64,000 nucleotides of DNA, from the NCBI GenBank assembly GCA_964106915.2, contig OZ066919.1; one strand, 5' to 3'. The DNA is from Podarcis gaigeae (Eukaryota). The notes below the pieces were generated by a model. That model was not told where the DNA came from and searched no databases. It saw only the letters and a program-made list of their open reading frames with translations. Of the stretch, positions 21,460-35,200 are shown piece after piece. Position 1 is the first letter of the stretch. Each line of letters begins with the position of its first letter. The position numbers were made by a program, and so were the translations under genes.

Positions 21460-24400
21460 ATGGCACAGTTCCTGTTTGAGAGTGACTTGCACGGGCTGTT
21501 GAAGCTAGATGCCCCTATTCCCAATGTCCCTCCTGCCCGATGGCAGCGCAAAGCCAAGGAGGCTGCCGCCGCCAGCTCTGGACATACCCCAGATGCTACA
21601 GCTCCTTCACCCATGAAGCCAGCTAACAGACCTCACAGCACAAGCAAGACCCCCTCCAAGACACCAGGTAAGACTCCTGTTGTATCTTATGAGGGTGAGG
21701 ACACATCTTAATGTTTGAGGCTATGGGTTGACCTAGCATATGTCATTAGCTTGTCTTGTGGTTTTCCCCCAACCAGATGTTGGGAGTGGCCTATCCACTA
21801 CATCCCTTGATGGCACTGTGGAATAGTCACAGAAGTACTCCTTTCTATGAATCAAAACTTATCTATCAATAGATGTAATAGATTTTTTGCTGTTTCTCCA
21901 TCTTGTAGGCAAGTCTGGTTCTAAAGCACAAAACACTCCAAACAAAACTGGAGGGGACAGATACATTCCTAATCGCAGCGCTATGCAAATGGATGTGGCC
22001 AGCTTCCTCTTGACAAAAGAGGAGTCCTCTGATGATACTCCCACCAAGAAGGTGAGTTTGTGATATTAAAGAACTGTTCCTCGTGCAAGCCATATAGAAA
22101 TGGTGCAGGGAGATATTGACACCCAGTAATTGGCAAAGCAGGCTTCCTGACAGTAGGTTAGCAGCTGTAAAGAGACAGGTGATAATACATGCTAGATTTC
22201 TGAAACCCAGCTATTATACAGGCCATTTTGCTCATATTAGCTACAAAATCAAGAATGACCAGTACACAATCCTAGGCTGTGATTTATGGGTAGCTAAGTA
22301 AATAATACAAGCTATGTAATATAGGGCAGGAGAGCCTATTTCAGCCCAAAGATTGGATTTGAACTTGTCCACATTTCCAGGGGTTGCTTTCTAGCAGTAG
22401 GAACGGCAAACCAAACAAATTCCACAAGAGAGAAAATGCATGTGCCTCTTCTTTCCCTTGTCACAAGCAGGTAGCACACATGCATGCTTGCACCTCTGCT
22501 AGCTCTTTAGAGAGGATCTCTTAAGTTCATGCAGAGAGATTGTATATCCAATCTTAGTGTTAAGCATCACATCCAAGATCAGAGTTTTTAGGTAAAAGGT
22601 AGCATTTCTCCTCATCCCCCCTCCAGTGCCAGTGAGGGTGGGTGGAAATGCTGCCCTTTACTCTTATCTCCAGTCTTAGGATGGTGGTGTTTAGCGGATA
22701 AAATTACAGAAGATTGACCAATCTTCACCTGCTTCCTGCTTTACAGTATATTGGCTTGTGTGGGTGGCAATGAGGTAAGATGTTATGCCATACAAACCTT
22801 CCAGCTCTGATTTGGCTCTTGTTGCTCATGTCAGCCTGCAGGCATATAATTGCTTAGCTGTCTATACTGTGAGAGCAAGGGAGCTGGGAACCTTTGGCCT
22901 TCCAGATGTTATGGAACTCAAAACTCTCATAAGTCCCTGCCAGCATGGCATGTGGCTAGGGCTGATGGGAATTTGAGGTCAGCAACATCTGGAGGGATAA
23001 TAGGTTTTCCATTCCTGTTGTATGACAAACTACTAATTCATTTTTATTTTTTTAATGGGACTGCTTTTCCAACCCAAGGAGCATCAGAAGGCCTGGGCAA
23101 TGAACCTGAATGGCTTTGATGTAGAAGAGGCAAAAATCCTGCGACTGAGTGGAAAGCCTCAGAATGCCCCTGAAGGTAGGACCAGATGCTTTCCTTATGG
23201 GTGAAAGACACTGAAGGTATTTTTGTTGTTTAGTCGTGTTCGACTCTTCGTGACCCCATGAACCAGAGCACAACAGGCACTCCTGTCTTCCACTGCCTCC
23301 TGCAATTTGGTCAGACTCATTTTAGTAGCTTCGAGAACACTGTCCAACCATCTTGTCCTCTGTCGTCCCCTTCTCCTTGTGCCCTCCATCTTTCCCAACA
23401 TCAGGGTCTTTTTAGATGGTAGAAATAGCAAGGATTCTAAAGGGATGCCCTAAATGGCTTTGGCCCAGTATACCTAAAGGAGCGCCTCCACTGCCATTGT
23501 TTTACCTGGACACTGAGGTCCAGCTCCCAGGGCCTTTTGGCAATTCCCTCCATGCAAGAAGTGAGGTTACAGGGAACCAGGCAGAGGGCCTTCTTGGTGG
23601 TGGCACTCATCCTGTGGAAAGCCCTCCCACCAGATGTCAAGGAAATAAACAACCACCTGACTTTTAGAAGACATCTGAAGGCAACCCTGTTTAGGGAAGT
23701 TTTTAATGTTTGATGTTTTATTGTGTTTTTAATGTTCTGTTGGGAGCCGCCCAGAGTAGCTGAGGAAACCCAGCCAGATGGGTGGGATATAAATAAAAAA
23801 TTGCTATTATTTTATTTTATTATGCTATGGTGGTGCTTCCTGATAATCCGGTTCATGCGGATGGCACCCTCGCCCTGCTATGCTGTGACTTCAGAGTGAG
23901 AATGGTTCAAGGCAATGATGCCTTCCTGAGTGGTAGGAAAGTAGTATTGCCAGTCTGCAGCCTAGCAGTGACTCGGGTTTATAGGCTGCCGCTTGTGTAA
24001 TCCTGTATTATGCTAGTAAAACAAGGTGGTTTGCTTGCATTTTGTTCAAGCTATTAGGATTGTGCTGATTCGGGTCACCAACCAGAACCCATAGCCTTTT
24101 ACATGAAACAGCAGCAGGGAAGTCCTTTCTTGAATTAGGGTTCTCCTTTTTAAAAAAAATAGAATTAACCTCCTTGATGCAGTGCGCTCTTGTACATGTT
24201 TATTTGGAGGTTCCATTTTCCTCAGTGGAGCTCTCTCCTACATATGTATGCAAAGGGTTGCACCCTTAGCTTGAAAGAGCAGCATACCTCAAGTGCAGTG
24301 CCTGTGAGGAGGAAGCTTCTCTTGCAGATGGTTTGATCTGTTCATGGTGTGGTGGTGGCCTACCGCAGTTGCTTTGCATTTTGACAGAATTAGCTGAAAA

Positions 24401-27266
24401 CCCAGATGTGTTAGAAGACTTATTAGGCCTTTCAGCAGCTGGGGCAAATGAGTTGAAACTAGATCTATGTCAACTACAGTGGAAGCAAATACATGACTGA
24501 CTTTGGTTTGGGCTGCATAATCATGGTCACTCTTCCCCACCCCAGGGTACCAGAACAATCTCAAAGTGCTCTACAGCCAGAAGAACACACCAGGCTCCTC
24601 TCGGAAGAATGGTAGATACATAGCCTCCATGTCAGACCGTATTCTGGATGCCCCAGACATCCGCAACGACTATTGTAAGTAGCTACAGTGCTTGTATTTT
24701 ATAGGATCCCTGTCAGTTCTGCGATGGTGTAACGTGTTGCAGAAGACTTATGCCTCCATGTGGTATTTGCCTTGGCTACTGTGGGTGGAGAGGAAGGGGT
24801 TGTTAGAGGAATCAGAGCCATGTCAGGCCTTACAATGGGGGGTGGGGAGGTGTGCAGAGGTGGAAGGGGCTAGTGGCGATTCATCTATTGTTTTAGATCT
24901 GAACCTCATCGACTGGAGCGCCCTCAACTTCCTGGCTGTGGCTCTGGATAAAACAGTGTATCTGTGGAACTATGAGTCCCGAGAAATAATCCAGCTCATG
25001 CAGATGGAACACCCAGATGACTACATCTCCTCTGTGTCTTGGATCAAAGAGGGAAACTACCTTGCAATTGGCACAAGTAACGCAGAGGTTCAGGTAGGGG
25101 TTATGCCTCTTTAATGACTTGATTAAGCATTGTTGACTTGACTACTTGCCAAGGGGCACGGTTTATAGAGATACTCATGATCTCTACCAGAAGTTCATAG
25201 AATCTTAAGAGTTGGGAGGGACCCAAGGGTCATCTAGTCCAACCCCCTGCAATGCAGAAATCTGTGTTATGGGGTTACTCTTTGGGGCCATGAGTTACCA
25301 GCAGGTACCCGGCAGGTTGTGGGAACTACTGAAGTGTGGGTATGTTCGTGGTTGAGGCATGACTGAGCCTCCTTGAGGCATGACTTTGAGGGCCATGGCT
25401 TGGTTGCATTTCTCCAATTGATTTTAAATGGTTTTGGCAAAGTGGGCTTGTCTTGGTATATACTCTTCTCCATTTCCAACCCCCCTGGCAATACTCGAGT
25501 TTAGCCAGATAGTTGTACTAATTATTGTCTGTGGTGATTCTAGTTATGGGACATCCAGCAGAAGAAGCGTCTACGAAACATGGTCAGTCACTCATCCCGT
25601 GTGAGCTCCCTGAGCTGGAACAGCCACATTCTATCCAGGTACGGCCCAAATCCCAGACAAAGGGATTCATGAGAGCATTACTTGCTTAGGCTCAGCCTAT
25701 CTGCAGGACTGTATTCTTCTATACAAACCTGGCTATGCTCTGAGATCTTTGAGGAAGGCCCTTCTGTCACGCCACCCTCACAAGCATGTTTGGTGGTGAT
25801 GCGGGTGGGGCTTCTTGATGGCTGCTTGCAGACTTTGGAGCCCCCTTCCTAGAGAGGCCAGACCTGGCTCCCTCCTTGTCCTTCTGCTGGCAGGTGAAGA
25901 CTTTTACTCCAGTAGGCTTCTGAGAACTGACTGTTTTTTAGGAAAGGGCTTTTAATAGTATTGTTGTTTCTACTAGTTTTTAAAAAAATATTTTTATGTA
26001 GTTTAATATTATTGTTTAATTTCCATTTATTATCTTTTATGTGTGTGTCACTTTATTGTCTTTATTCATGCTTGAGGCCTGGTTCTGGGGGGAAAGGCAG
26101 GATATAAATATAACAGCAGGAGTACAGCAAAACTGCCTTCTCTGGAACTTTTTTTTCTTTCCTAAGTGAAGAGGTGATATTGGTTGTCCTTAGCACTTGA
26201 GTTTGGGTTTATATACTAAATCTTATGCCTCTCTTAACAGCGGGTCACGGACCGGTCATATTCATCATCATGATGTTCGTGTGGCAGAGCACCATGTAGC
26301 AACACTTGCTGGCCATACACAAGAGGTGTGTGGGCTCAAGTGGTCACCTGATGGTCGCTATCTGGCCAGTGGAGGAAATGATAACCTGGTAAATGTCTGG
26401 CCAAGCATCCAAGGGGATAGTGGATCATTTCAGCCTGTGCAGACTTTCACGCAGCATCAAGGAGCTGTTAAGGTAAGTAGTTCTTTATGTAGGAGGCACT
26501 TGACATGTTGCTGGCAATAGGGAAGATTAATCTTAAGACACCTTTCTTCTAGGCTGTAGCTTGGAGTCCATGGCAGTCCAATGTGCTGGCAACAGGAGGT
26601 GGAACAAGTGACCGGCATATAAGGATCTGGAGTGTGTGCTCGGGTACCTGCCTCAATACAGTGGATGCACAGTCTCAGGTAGGTTCACCTAGTATTCTCA
26701 ATGGAAAATAAAGAGCAGTTCAGCATTGGATACTAAGCTGATGCTCAGTCTCTTCAATTTATACATGAGCATGTATTTGGACTCTTGGTACTCACTGTTT
26801 TATGTCTGACAGGTGTGTGCAGTACTTTGGTCTACAAACTACAAAGAACTTGTGTCTGGTCATGGCTTTGCCCAGAACCAGCTCGTGGTATGGAAATACC
26901 CATCCATGTCCAAGGTCACAGAGTTAAAAGGTGAGTTCAGATAGATGGTATGGAAATGGCTGAAGTACCAGATTTAGCCAACTTCTAATTTGTGGGTATT
27001 GCTGCCTTCATATAATGGAAACAGCCCACACATGCATTGTTCCTTCCACTTGTCTGCTGGAAATGGCACACCTTTGTTTTTAATATTCCCCAGGTCACAC
27101 AGCCAGAGTGCTAAGCCTGACTATGAGTCCAGATGGGTCCACAGTGGCATCAGCAGCAGCTGATGAAACACTGAGGCTCTGGCGGTGTTTCGAGCTGGAC
27201 CCAGCCCGTAAGAAGGAGAAAGACAGCAGCACCAAGAGTAGCATTATCCATCAAGGCATCCGCTGA
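21460..27266 (+). CDS. CDC20: Cell division cycle protein 20 homolog (APC/C co-activator, WD40), 10 coding exons, ~505 aa
   Basis: Exons: 21460-21667 ([22 protein letters not shown]), 21909-22051 (C-box DRYIPNR), 23079-23175 (KILR Mad2-binding motif), 24546-24674, 24897-25093, 25544-25638, 26241-26472, 26553-26678, 26813-26930, 27094-27266 (ends HQGIR*, the IR tail). All GT-AG, total 1518 nt. Confidence 0.98.
23222..23413 (-). mobile_element. RTE-BovB LINE 3' end
   Basis: Translates [25 protein letters not shown], followed by the CATGGGGTCACGAAGAGTCGAACACGACT 3' end and a (CAA)n tail; a shorter copy lies at ~53385-53455. Confidence 0.88.
23420..23825 (+). mobile_element. L2-type LINE 3' fragment
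   Basis: Close match to 63350-63700 (ACAGGGAACCAGGCAGAGGGCCTTCTTGG...AGGGAAGTTTTTAA). Confidence 0.88.
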
Positions 27267-27313
27267 GCCCGCTCTCTAACCTATTGCTTTGTGTACAGAA
27301 TTTTAAACAATTT

Positions 27314-27319
27314 AATAAA
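27314..27319 (+). terminator. CDC20 polyadenylation signal
   Basis: AATAAA about 50 nt after the stop codon; further AATAAA hexamers near 27446-27460. Confidence 0.6.
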
Positions 27320-28621
27320 TATTTCACTCTCACTTAAGAAATGGGGTTGGTGCATGGGGTTGATATCTAGGATAGGATAAAAGCAACAGACTGATATATC
27401 AAAGTGGATTTAATTGTTGCTGGCTATCTGGCCTGTATCATTTGTAATAAACCAAATAAACTACTGATGGAAGAGTGCTTATCTTAAATCTAGTGTTTCT
27501 GATGTTTCCCAAGAGAATATGCAGCCCTAGCCTATACAGACAACAGATACACAAAGTATGAGGTGTGTTGAAAATGAGGCCTTTAATGTTTTGAAGTAAA
27601 CAAATGATAAGGTATCTAGTACTGTGCATCAAGGTGTATGGAAATAAGTCACGAGCAATTGTCATCTTGGGTGTAGCTAAGGTGCCCATCAGTAGCTGGG
27701 CTACTGACAGTGATACAACATGCACTTTCTACCCAGGGGCTGTTTAATTCCTTATAGGGCTAAGAAGTAGCTACAAAAGCACTTATGGGGGCTGTAAGAC
27801 CTTATTGTGGCAGAATAGTTGGATCAAGCTACTCTGATAATCTGGTTTCTAGATTGTATTCTTGTTCAAATGCTTGCAGTATATATTCTTTCTCCCATAC
27901 AAATACTGTTCTTATCAATTAAAAAAGGATCCTTAATGCTGTGTACTAAAACTTTGTAAGATTTGAGGATAAAGATTTGGATTCAATCACCATCTCTTTA
28001 GATTCCACACCCACACCCAAAAACTTAAAACTATTTAATAGAGTAGCAGGAAGTAGAAACTGTTTGATATGTGCACATAGCTGAAGATAGGAAACATGGG
28101 CCACTTAGCTAGAATCAATATCAGAAAGTAGGGAGGGCAACGGGCTACCTTTGTTGTGCACTTTATAGGATTGGATATTGGAAGGAGGATGTGCTTCTCG
28201 GCCTGGGATGATAGTAACTAAGAATGCCTGTATTTTACTGCGAAAAAGCTGAAGCTGAATTAGTGGAAGGCAGTTTACTACCAGGAACTGAGCTGTGCAG
28301 GCAGGCCCTGACAGTGAGGAATGTTTCTGTCTGCCTCATTCCCTTTACAATTTTCCCCCATCCCCAACTATAGACCAAGGAAGTAGATGCATCCATGAAG
28401 TTTTAAAGTCCTTGTGCATCTCTCTTTAAAGCATATTTTAATACATGTAACCTGTCACTTCCAGCATATAAACAGATGAGATAATGATTAAATCCAGAGG
28501 ATGGGTTGCAGCTCCATGGTAGAGAATCTGTTTTGCATGCATTGGTGCTGGGTTCAACTGCTGCCATCTCTAGCTAGGGCCTGTCTGAAACCACAGAGAG
28601 CCACTGCTGGTCAGTGTATAT

Positions 28622-28782
28622 CAGTGGTTCACAATTGGTGGCCTGTGGATGGTAGAGGGTCCGCAGCTCCATTTGCGTAACAAAAACTACCAGAAATATC
28701 AAAATTTTCAATGGTAGGGGGTCCATGACTTGGCTTTTTAAAAACAAAGGATCTGCAGTACTTGGCTAATTGGATTTCACTG
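28622..28782. mobile_element. hAT MITE inserted in a tRNA-derived SINE (~28500-28620)
   Basis: CAGTG...CACTG ends; 7/8 matching TSD GTGTATAT/GTGTAGAT. Confidence 0.6.
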
Positions 28783-29933
28783 GTGTAGATAATGGTTTGA
28801 TTAAAATCGTCACAACTGGGTAGCTTCTTATACTTTAAAAGCTAATTCAGGTGCCCCCTCACAGTGTGATCCTATACACATCAGCTACACACAGCTCTTT
28901 TTAAATGGGACTTGCTGCCATAGCCTACCTACAAGCAGGAACACTCGCAGGATATCTGCAACTAAACTTCCTGTTGTATTTTAGGAGGTATATAGTATTT
29001 GAAATCTGTAGATTATCTCAAAAGGTTCCTTCTGCCAATGATTCCATGAAATACAGAATGGCTCTCTGTCACAACTTCAGATGGTAAGAGAAGCTAACAT
29101 CAGTAACGGGAATTTGCTTCTGCGGCCTTATCTAAATTGGGATGGACAGCAGTCTCTTGGTCTGTGGCTGAGATATGAAAACTAGGGCTTGTGCATATTA
29201 TTGACTAATTATTGACTGTATTGATTACAGATGCTTTTTGTCATGGAGAACTCGTTACCTGTAATGAAGGTACTGTTGCTGTTATGCCCTGGAATGGGCA
29301 GACTTAAGTCAGAACTTGTGTTACAAGTTCTGGTTTGGTAGAAAGTCTGAGCCACACAGGCTGCTGTGGTTAGTAGAACTTAAATGTTCTAGATAAAAGG
29401 CAACATCAAATAATTGTTGGTTCAGCTGTACTGCTGCCTTCCAGTTAAACTCATCTGGCCAAATTGGGGCTGCAGTTAAAACTGAGGATGTTTTCTTAAA
29501 CTTCACTAAGAGGAAGACTTTTTGCAAACGAAACAGTTGTTATAATATATAAAACTAGTGCTTTGTTCCTGATCCTAAACAAGACTTGAAGCAACTACTC
29601 AAGTTTGGAGTGGCTGTTCTAAAACAACTAGAGAAGCATGGCGCTTCCATAAGGACTATTAACAAGAAGACATACTATCCAAAATGTTTACACTTGTCAA
29701 ATTTGAATAAGCTGCTGTGAGCACTTGTGTCAAGATAGGATACATATGTTGAGCAGTAAATGCTGTTGCCTGTTCAGTAGGGAGCACATAAGAAGAGCCT
29801 ATAGTTTTTAATCATAAGACCACGGAGCTCATTATCCCATATTTGCGAATAGACTAGGCAAGGCCAAAGAGTTCTAATAGAAAGCCATACAGGTAAAGTC
29901 TCATTTGGAATACACTGTCCCATCTTCATTTCA

Positions 29934-30275
29934 TTAAAGGGACCCCTGACCGTTAGGTGTAGTCGTGGACGACTCTGGGGTTGCGGCGCTCATCTCGCTT
30001 TACTGGCCGAGGGAGCTGGCGTACAGCTTCCAGGTCATGTGGCCAGCATGACTAAGCTGCTTCTGGTGAACCAGAGCAGCACACAGAAATGGTGTTTACC
30101 TTCCCGCTGGAGCGGTACCTATTTATCTACTTGCACTGCATGCTTTCGAACTGCTAGGCTGGCAGGAGCAGGGACCAAGCAACGGGAGCTCACCCCATCG
30201 CGGGGATTCGAACCGCCGACTCTGCTCAGCAAGCCGTAGGCTCTGTGGTTTAACCCACAGCGCCACCCGTGTCCC
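29934..30275 (-). mobile_element. Sauria SINE
   Basis: Minus-strand tRNA-derived head GGGACACGGGTGGCGCTGTGGGTTAAACC...GGTTCGAATCCCC; body shared with the other two copies. Confidence 0.9.
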
Positions 30276-30745
30276 TCCTTCATTATTAGTAACCAGGTGT
30301 TAAACCATAGCAAAAGAACAGCAAGAACAGGCATGCATAGTAGAATAAGCATATTTTACTATTGCTGAGTAGTATATCCCTAAATTCCCTTGCATCATAA
30401 TAAAATACTAAATCAGAACAGTGGTGTAAATGTAGAATGCTGTCATAAGCATTAGTTGAAAGTTTCGCACACATGCACTGAAGGAAGGAGGCAGGACACA
30501 GCAAGGGATAAGCAGTGGAGAGATTTAAGTGTTACAAAACCTTGTAATTCAATCTAACAATAAACTTTGCTTAAAAGTTTTTAAAACAGGACCATCCTAT
30601 CTGAAAACTGGCTAAAATAGCTGATGGTAAAAGCTGTAGTAGTACATCTAGCATTGCTTATGGCACATAATCCAGGTTATGTATTAGTCTAGCCCTAGCA
30701 CTGAGGTAGAGAGAGACACTTACGTAACCAAGTCACTCTGCAAGA

Positions 30746-31460
30746 TTTATTCCAACAAAATATGCATTCTGCCATGCCTTGGATTATTCTATCCAGCAAC
30801 ACTTGTAGCCACATTTAGCACTATCTATAGGATAGTGCACAGATCAAAGATCTGCCATTGTTGGCCAATTCTAACACAGGCCTATTTTGGGTGTGACACA
30901 CAGTAGCAACAGCCGCGCCACTTTTCAGGCTACAGACAAATAGCACCAAGGAATAGGGCTTCTTCAGGCACAAGATATTTCGCAGCAGCTGGAGCTTGGG
31001 CAAGAACATAAATCAGTAAAAAACAGAAAGGCAGCTGGCCTAAAACTTTCCATGTAAGGAAAGGAGAATATGCATTCAGCCTGGCAGGGAGAGAAGAAAG
31101 GAGCCTAGGAAACAAATGCACAAAACCTTTGAGCAAAGTTAGCTTTGCTCAAGTCGTGGTCCTCTAGCAGAAGTCACCTGAGGCACGACACTACACTGGG
31201 CAAGCCAGAACATGGCCACTACAATACTTCATAGGTTTTTGATCTGAATTTTTCAGTTATCCCCACTCCTTAAACTAACCCCAACTAAGGCACAAGGTGA
31301 CTGAAGGGGAGCACCTCATTGGAACTGAATGTCAACATCTGTTTTATAGTCAATATGGCCCATGGAAATGTTTGTTCTTCTCACCCAAGCCTGACCAGTC
31401 ATGGGTCCAAAGCCTTGAAATCAAGAACAAGAATCACTACTCTCTTTCTGTCCATTTATT
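30746..31460 (-). terminator. Two candidate ELOVL1 poly(A) signals
   Basis: Minus-strand AATAAA (TTTATT on +) at 31455-31460 and 30746-30751. Confidence 0.45.
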
Positions 31461-32271
31461 TTTGTGAATACAAGTGAGAAACTCAGGTAGAAGGGAGGCA
31501 CCTCTCCTGAGTCCTCCCCAAGGCTTAGAATACAGGGAGCATCTGCTCCTTGGAGCAGATCCAGTAATAATAATAAAAAGGCACACAGAGCAACAGCATG
31601 CAAGCTGGAAAAAGGTCCTTCTCCCTGGGCTTCAGTGCAGCAAAAGTATCTGTGGTCATCAACCCATGGGGAGCAAGAGCCCAGAGTTATTGCTAAGGTT
31701 GTGGGATCAGAGCAACCAAAAACTGGGGAGTTATGTGGAGGGATGAACACTGAGGCCAGCCAGGGCAGCAAGAATGAAGCCCTTGGCCTATAGCACCCCA
31801 CCTGCATACAGAGCAGGAATAGATCTCTCTGGGGGAGTCAGACCCACAGCAACAAGGGACCACTCACATTCAAGTATGAATGGCAGGGCTCCAATGGGGT
31901 AAAGAGAATGAACAGTGGGCAACACAAACTTAGGGAAAGCAGAGGAACAAAATTCCCACCTGGATCACATGGAGTACATAGAACTAAATGGAAAGGTGTG
32001 TCCCATCTGGCAGAGTTCTGCTTTGGTCCAGCTCTGGAGGGAGCCCAGCCCAGGGCAGACACAGGCACTTTGAAGACCTTAGGCTAAAACCAGCACCAAC
32101 AGCCCAAGCAGCCTCTCTCCCCTGGGACAGCTGAAGGCCAGGTGTGAGGGATACAGAGCAGTTGGGAAGGTGGCTTGGAACTGCAAGACAACAGTCTTTA
32201 GGCACTTGGTCTTGCTAATGGGCCCAGACATGGGTTCGGTTGGTCCGAGACACCTTGATCCCACCCACCTC

Positions 32272-35200
32272 CTAGTTGGCTTTGGCTTTGCCGTTAGAAA
32301 TGGCACCATTCTCATGAAAGCCATTCTGCTGAGGTTGTGTCATGACCTTGGGCAGACGCTTGCCTCTGGTGTACGAATGGTACCAGAAGTTGGAGAAGAG
32401 GAGGAAGAAGATAACGCCGTAAATCCAGATGAGGTGGATGAAGATTGGGTACTGGTAGTCACAGCTGGGCATGAAGTAGTACTGGGAGATGTGGATGGAG
32501 ACGAGCACAAACTGCAACTGTGAGTGGAGGCAAGAGAAAGTTATGGAGTAAAGAAGGCAGCTATATCCCGTTCCCCTACCCACGGGAGGAAATAGACAGC
32601 CCTAGGGACAGGTAGTTCAAGCTGGGAGAGGGAGAACACAGAAAGTCTAGCACAGGAAACAATTGCTAAATAAGTTCCTGTAGCTCTTGCCAAGAGAAAG
32701 GAAATAAGTCAGACCAATGTCCCAGGCTGGTTGTACCATCCAAAGTTGGGAGTTCTTGGCATGAGTGGCCTGGTCCTTTCCCTTTCCTACTCACCAGTTG
32801 AATGGCAGTGATGTGCTTCTTCCACCACAGGTACTTTTGATAGGCAGGCCCTGCAGCTGACAGCGCATAGTAAAAGTACATCACCACATGTACTATCGAG
32901 TTCACTAAAGCATGAAATGAGCCCATTCCTCCTGCAGGCCAACAAATAAGAGAAAGGTTAAATTCAAATGGTAAAGGAAGAGCTGAGATATGACCTACAT
33001 ACATATAGCAAGACCAGAAAGGAATTCTTCTGGAACATCAGGCACCACGAATATGGTGGTTATGGTGGTAATAGAGTAAAAGAAGTCAGAAATGTTTGTT
33101 ATTGTTGTCTTTGTGGGGCTTTTTTTTTGGGGGGGGTGTTCCTAATCATCTCCAGTTAGTATTCTGTGAAATGCTATTTTGAAGTGCCCACGACAAATTT
33201 AGATTTCCAAATGAGCCCCCAGGCCCCAAAAAGTTGAGAACCTTTGATATAAAAATTATACAATATTAACTTTTACCATTTTAAAAGCTCTGTACTTTAT
33301 TCCAAAAGTTAACAATTCATCACCATTATCTTTCACCATGCAGAGACTCAAGGTGGCATACAGATAAAATAGAAACAGCAAAAAGCATAGATAGGCCCAT
33401 TAAAAATNNNNNNNNNNNNNNNNNNNNNNNNNNNNNNNNNNNNNNNNNNNNNNNNNNNNNNNNNNNNNNNNNNNNNNNNNNNNNNNNNNNNNNNNNNNNN
33501 NNNNNNNNNNNNNNNNNNNNNNNNNNNNNNNNNNNNNNNNNCACCTGGGCCAAATTTGGCACCCCACCACCAGCTCCAGGGAAGCACTGAATGGTGGAAC
33601 ACATGCAGGAAGGTCACCTGTTCATTCTTCTTTCTTAGGATGAAGATCACCTGGAAGCAAGAGATTAGAGTGAGATGGGCTTTTCATTTTGGCCAGTGGG
33701 CCATTACTCCAGAATGTATAAAAGAGAGGAAGCACCATTGCAGACTCCAAATAGTAACAATCCAATCATCTTCAGTGAGCTAATAAATATCAACTGTACA
33801 TACTGTAAGAAAATGAACAAAAACCACCCTATCCCAATGAAATACCTACTAGTGTTAGTAGAATATAAACGTTAGTCACCATTAATTTGCACAAATGATC
33901 CATGTCAGAATAAATAGGGCTGTCTGACCACATCTGGTAAGTGTTGTTAAGGCCAATACAAATGTGTAGCCATACCCATTTCTGCTCCAAACAAGATACT
34001 GTAGGCCTCAAAAAACAAGCACTTACTGTGTCAAGCAGTTCAATGTACTTGGAGATGATGAAGACCCAGGCTACATGGACCATCTACCAAGAAAGAGCAA
34101 TGTCAGAAATCCTAGTCATCAAAACATAAAGCTTCACCCTACTTTTCTACCCTCATTTTTCCTTCTTTCTGAATCCCCATTTCTCCTCTTGAAGTAATCC
34201 CACTACAGAATTGCAACATTTGCCAAGCTTGTGCCTACATTAAAAAAACAACAAGAACACTCTCACACATGGGGGAATGTGAGACAAGATATGGGGTTGA
34301 AAGAATGAAAGAACTTACCCGAAGGGCCATGGGATTCTGGGATTGGTCCACAGGGTCACACCTCCAAGTGTAACCAGTCAACCAGCCTGACATAAGGAAC
34401 TGCAACAAGGAGCCACCATTCAGATACTTCTCAATGATACTACATTCACCAGCTCAGCTTTGTAAACATACCCACAAAAATTACTTGCCTAAAATTTGTG
34501 TTACTAGTTTTATAAGAGGCTAATCAGCTACGTTTCCATGCTCACTGAAGAGAAAGAGAAGCTTCTTCTCTATGCTCAACATTAAAATGCAGGCAACTAT
34601 CCTATTAGCAGGAAAATTAAAATAAAATAAATAAAAGTAGCTTGCTATCGAACAGGCTGGAGGAGGATAGACAAAGCTGAGGGACAAGCTTTCCTTCCTT
34701 AGCAGCCACCAGCAGTCCATTCATTCATCTGCATAGAACTCTTAGGTCACCAATGGCTACCAAGCTAGTGCCGAAATGGAAGGTTGTACAAGATACATGT
34801 CATACAGCTTCTCTGCCATGCAAATCTCTCTTCTAGGCACTTCTATGAGCAACCATTGGAACAAAACCCTGTGGAATTTTCAGCTGTCACAGCAATCCAA
34901 ATCCCTTTTGCGCTGTGTTGTGTGTGTGCGCGCGCGCGTGCACGCACACACATACATACTAGAGAGGTGTCCCTTCATCCAGGGCTGCCAGCCTCCATAA
35001 GCCACCACCTGCAGAGTAACACCAGTGTCACTGCTGACACAGGGTTCCTCTTTCTGCCCATTGAATGGGCAGGCAGAAGGGCTGCTGGCAGCAGTCTACA
35101 GAAAGCCCCCAAACAAGGCTTTGCAGGGATGGTGCTGGGATAGCCCTGCCCCTATCATGTGCTAATAGCACTGGGCCCAATCCGGGTCTGATTGCTGCAC

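Noticed and set aside
33326-33650. ORFs running through X residues
   Set aside because: They read through the N gap; only 33545-33650 is a real ELOVL1 exon.
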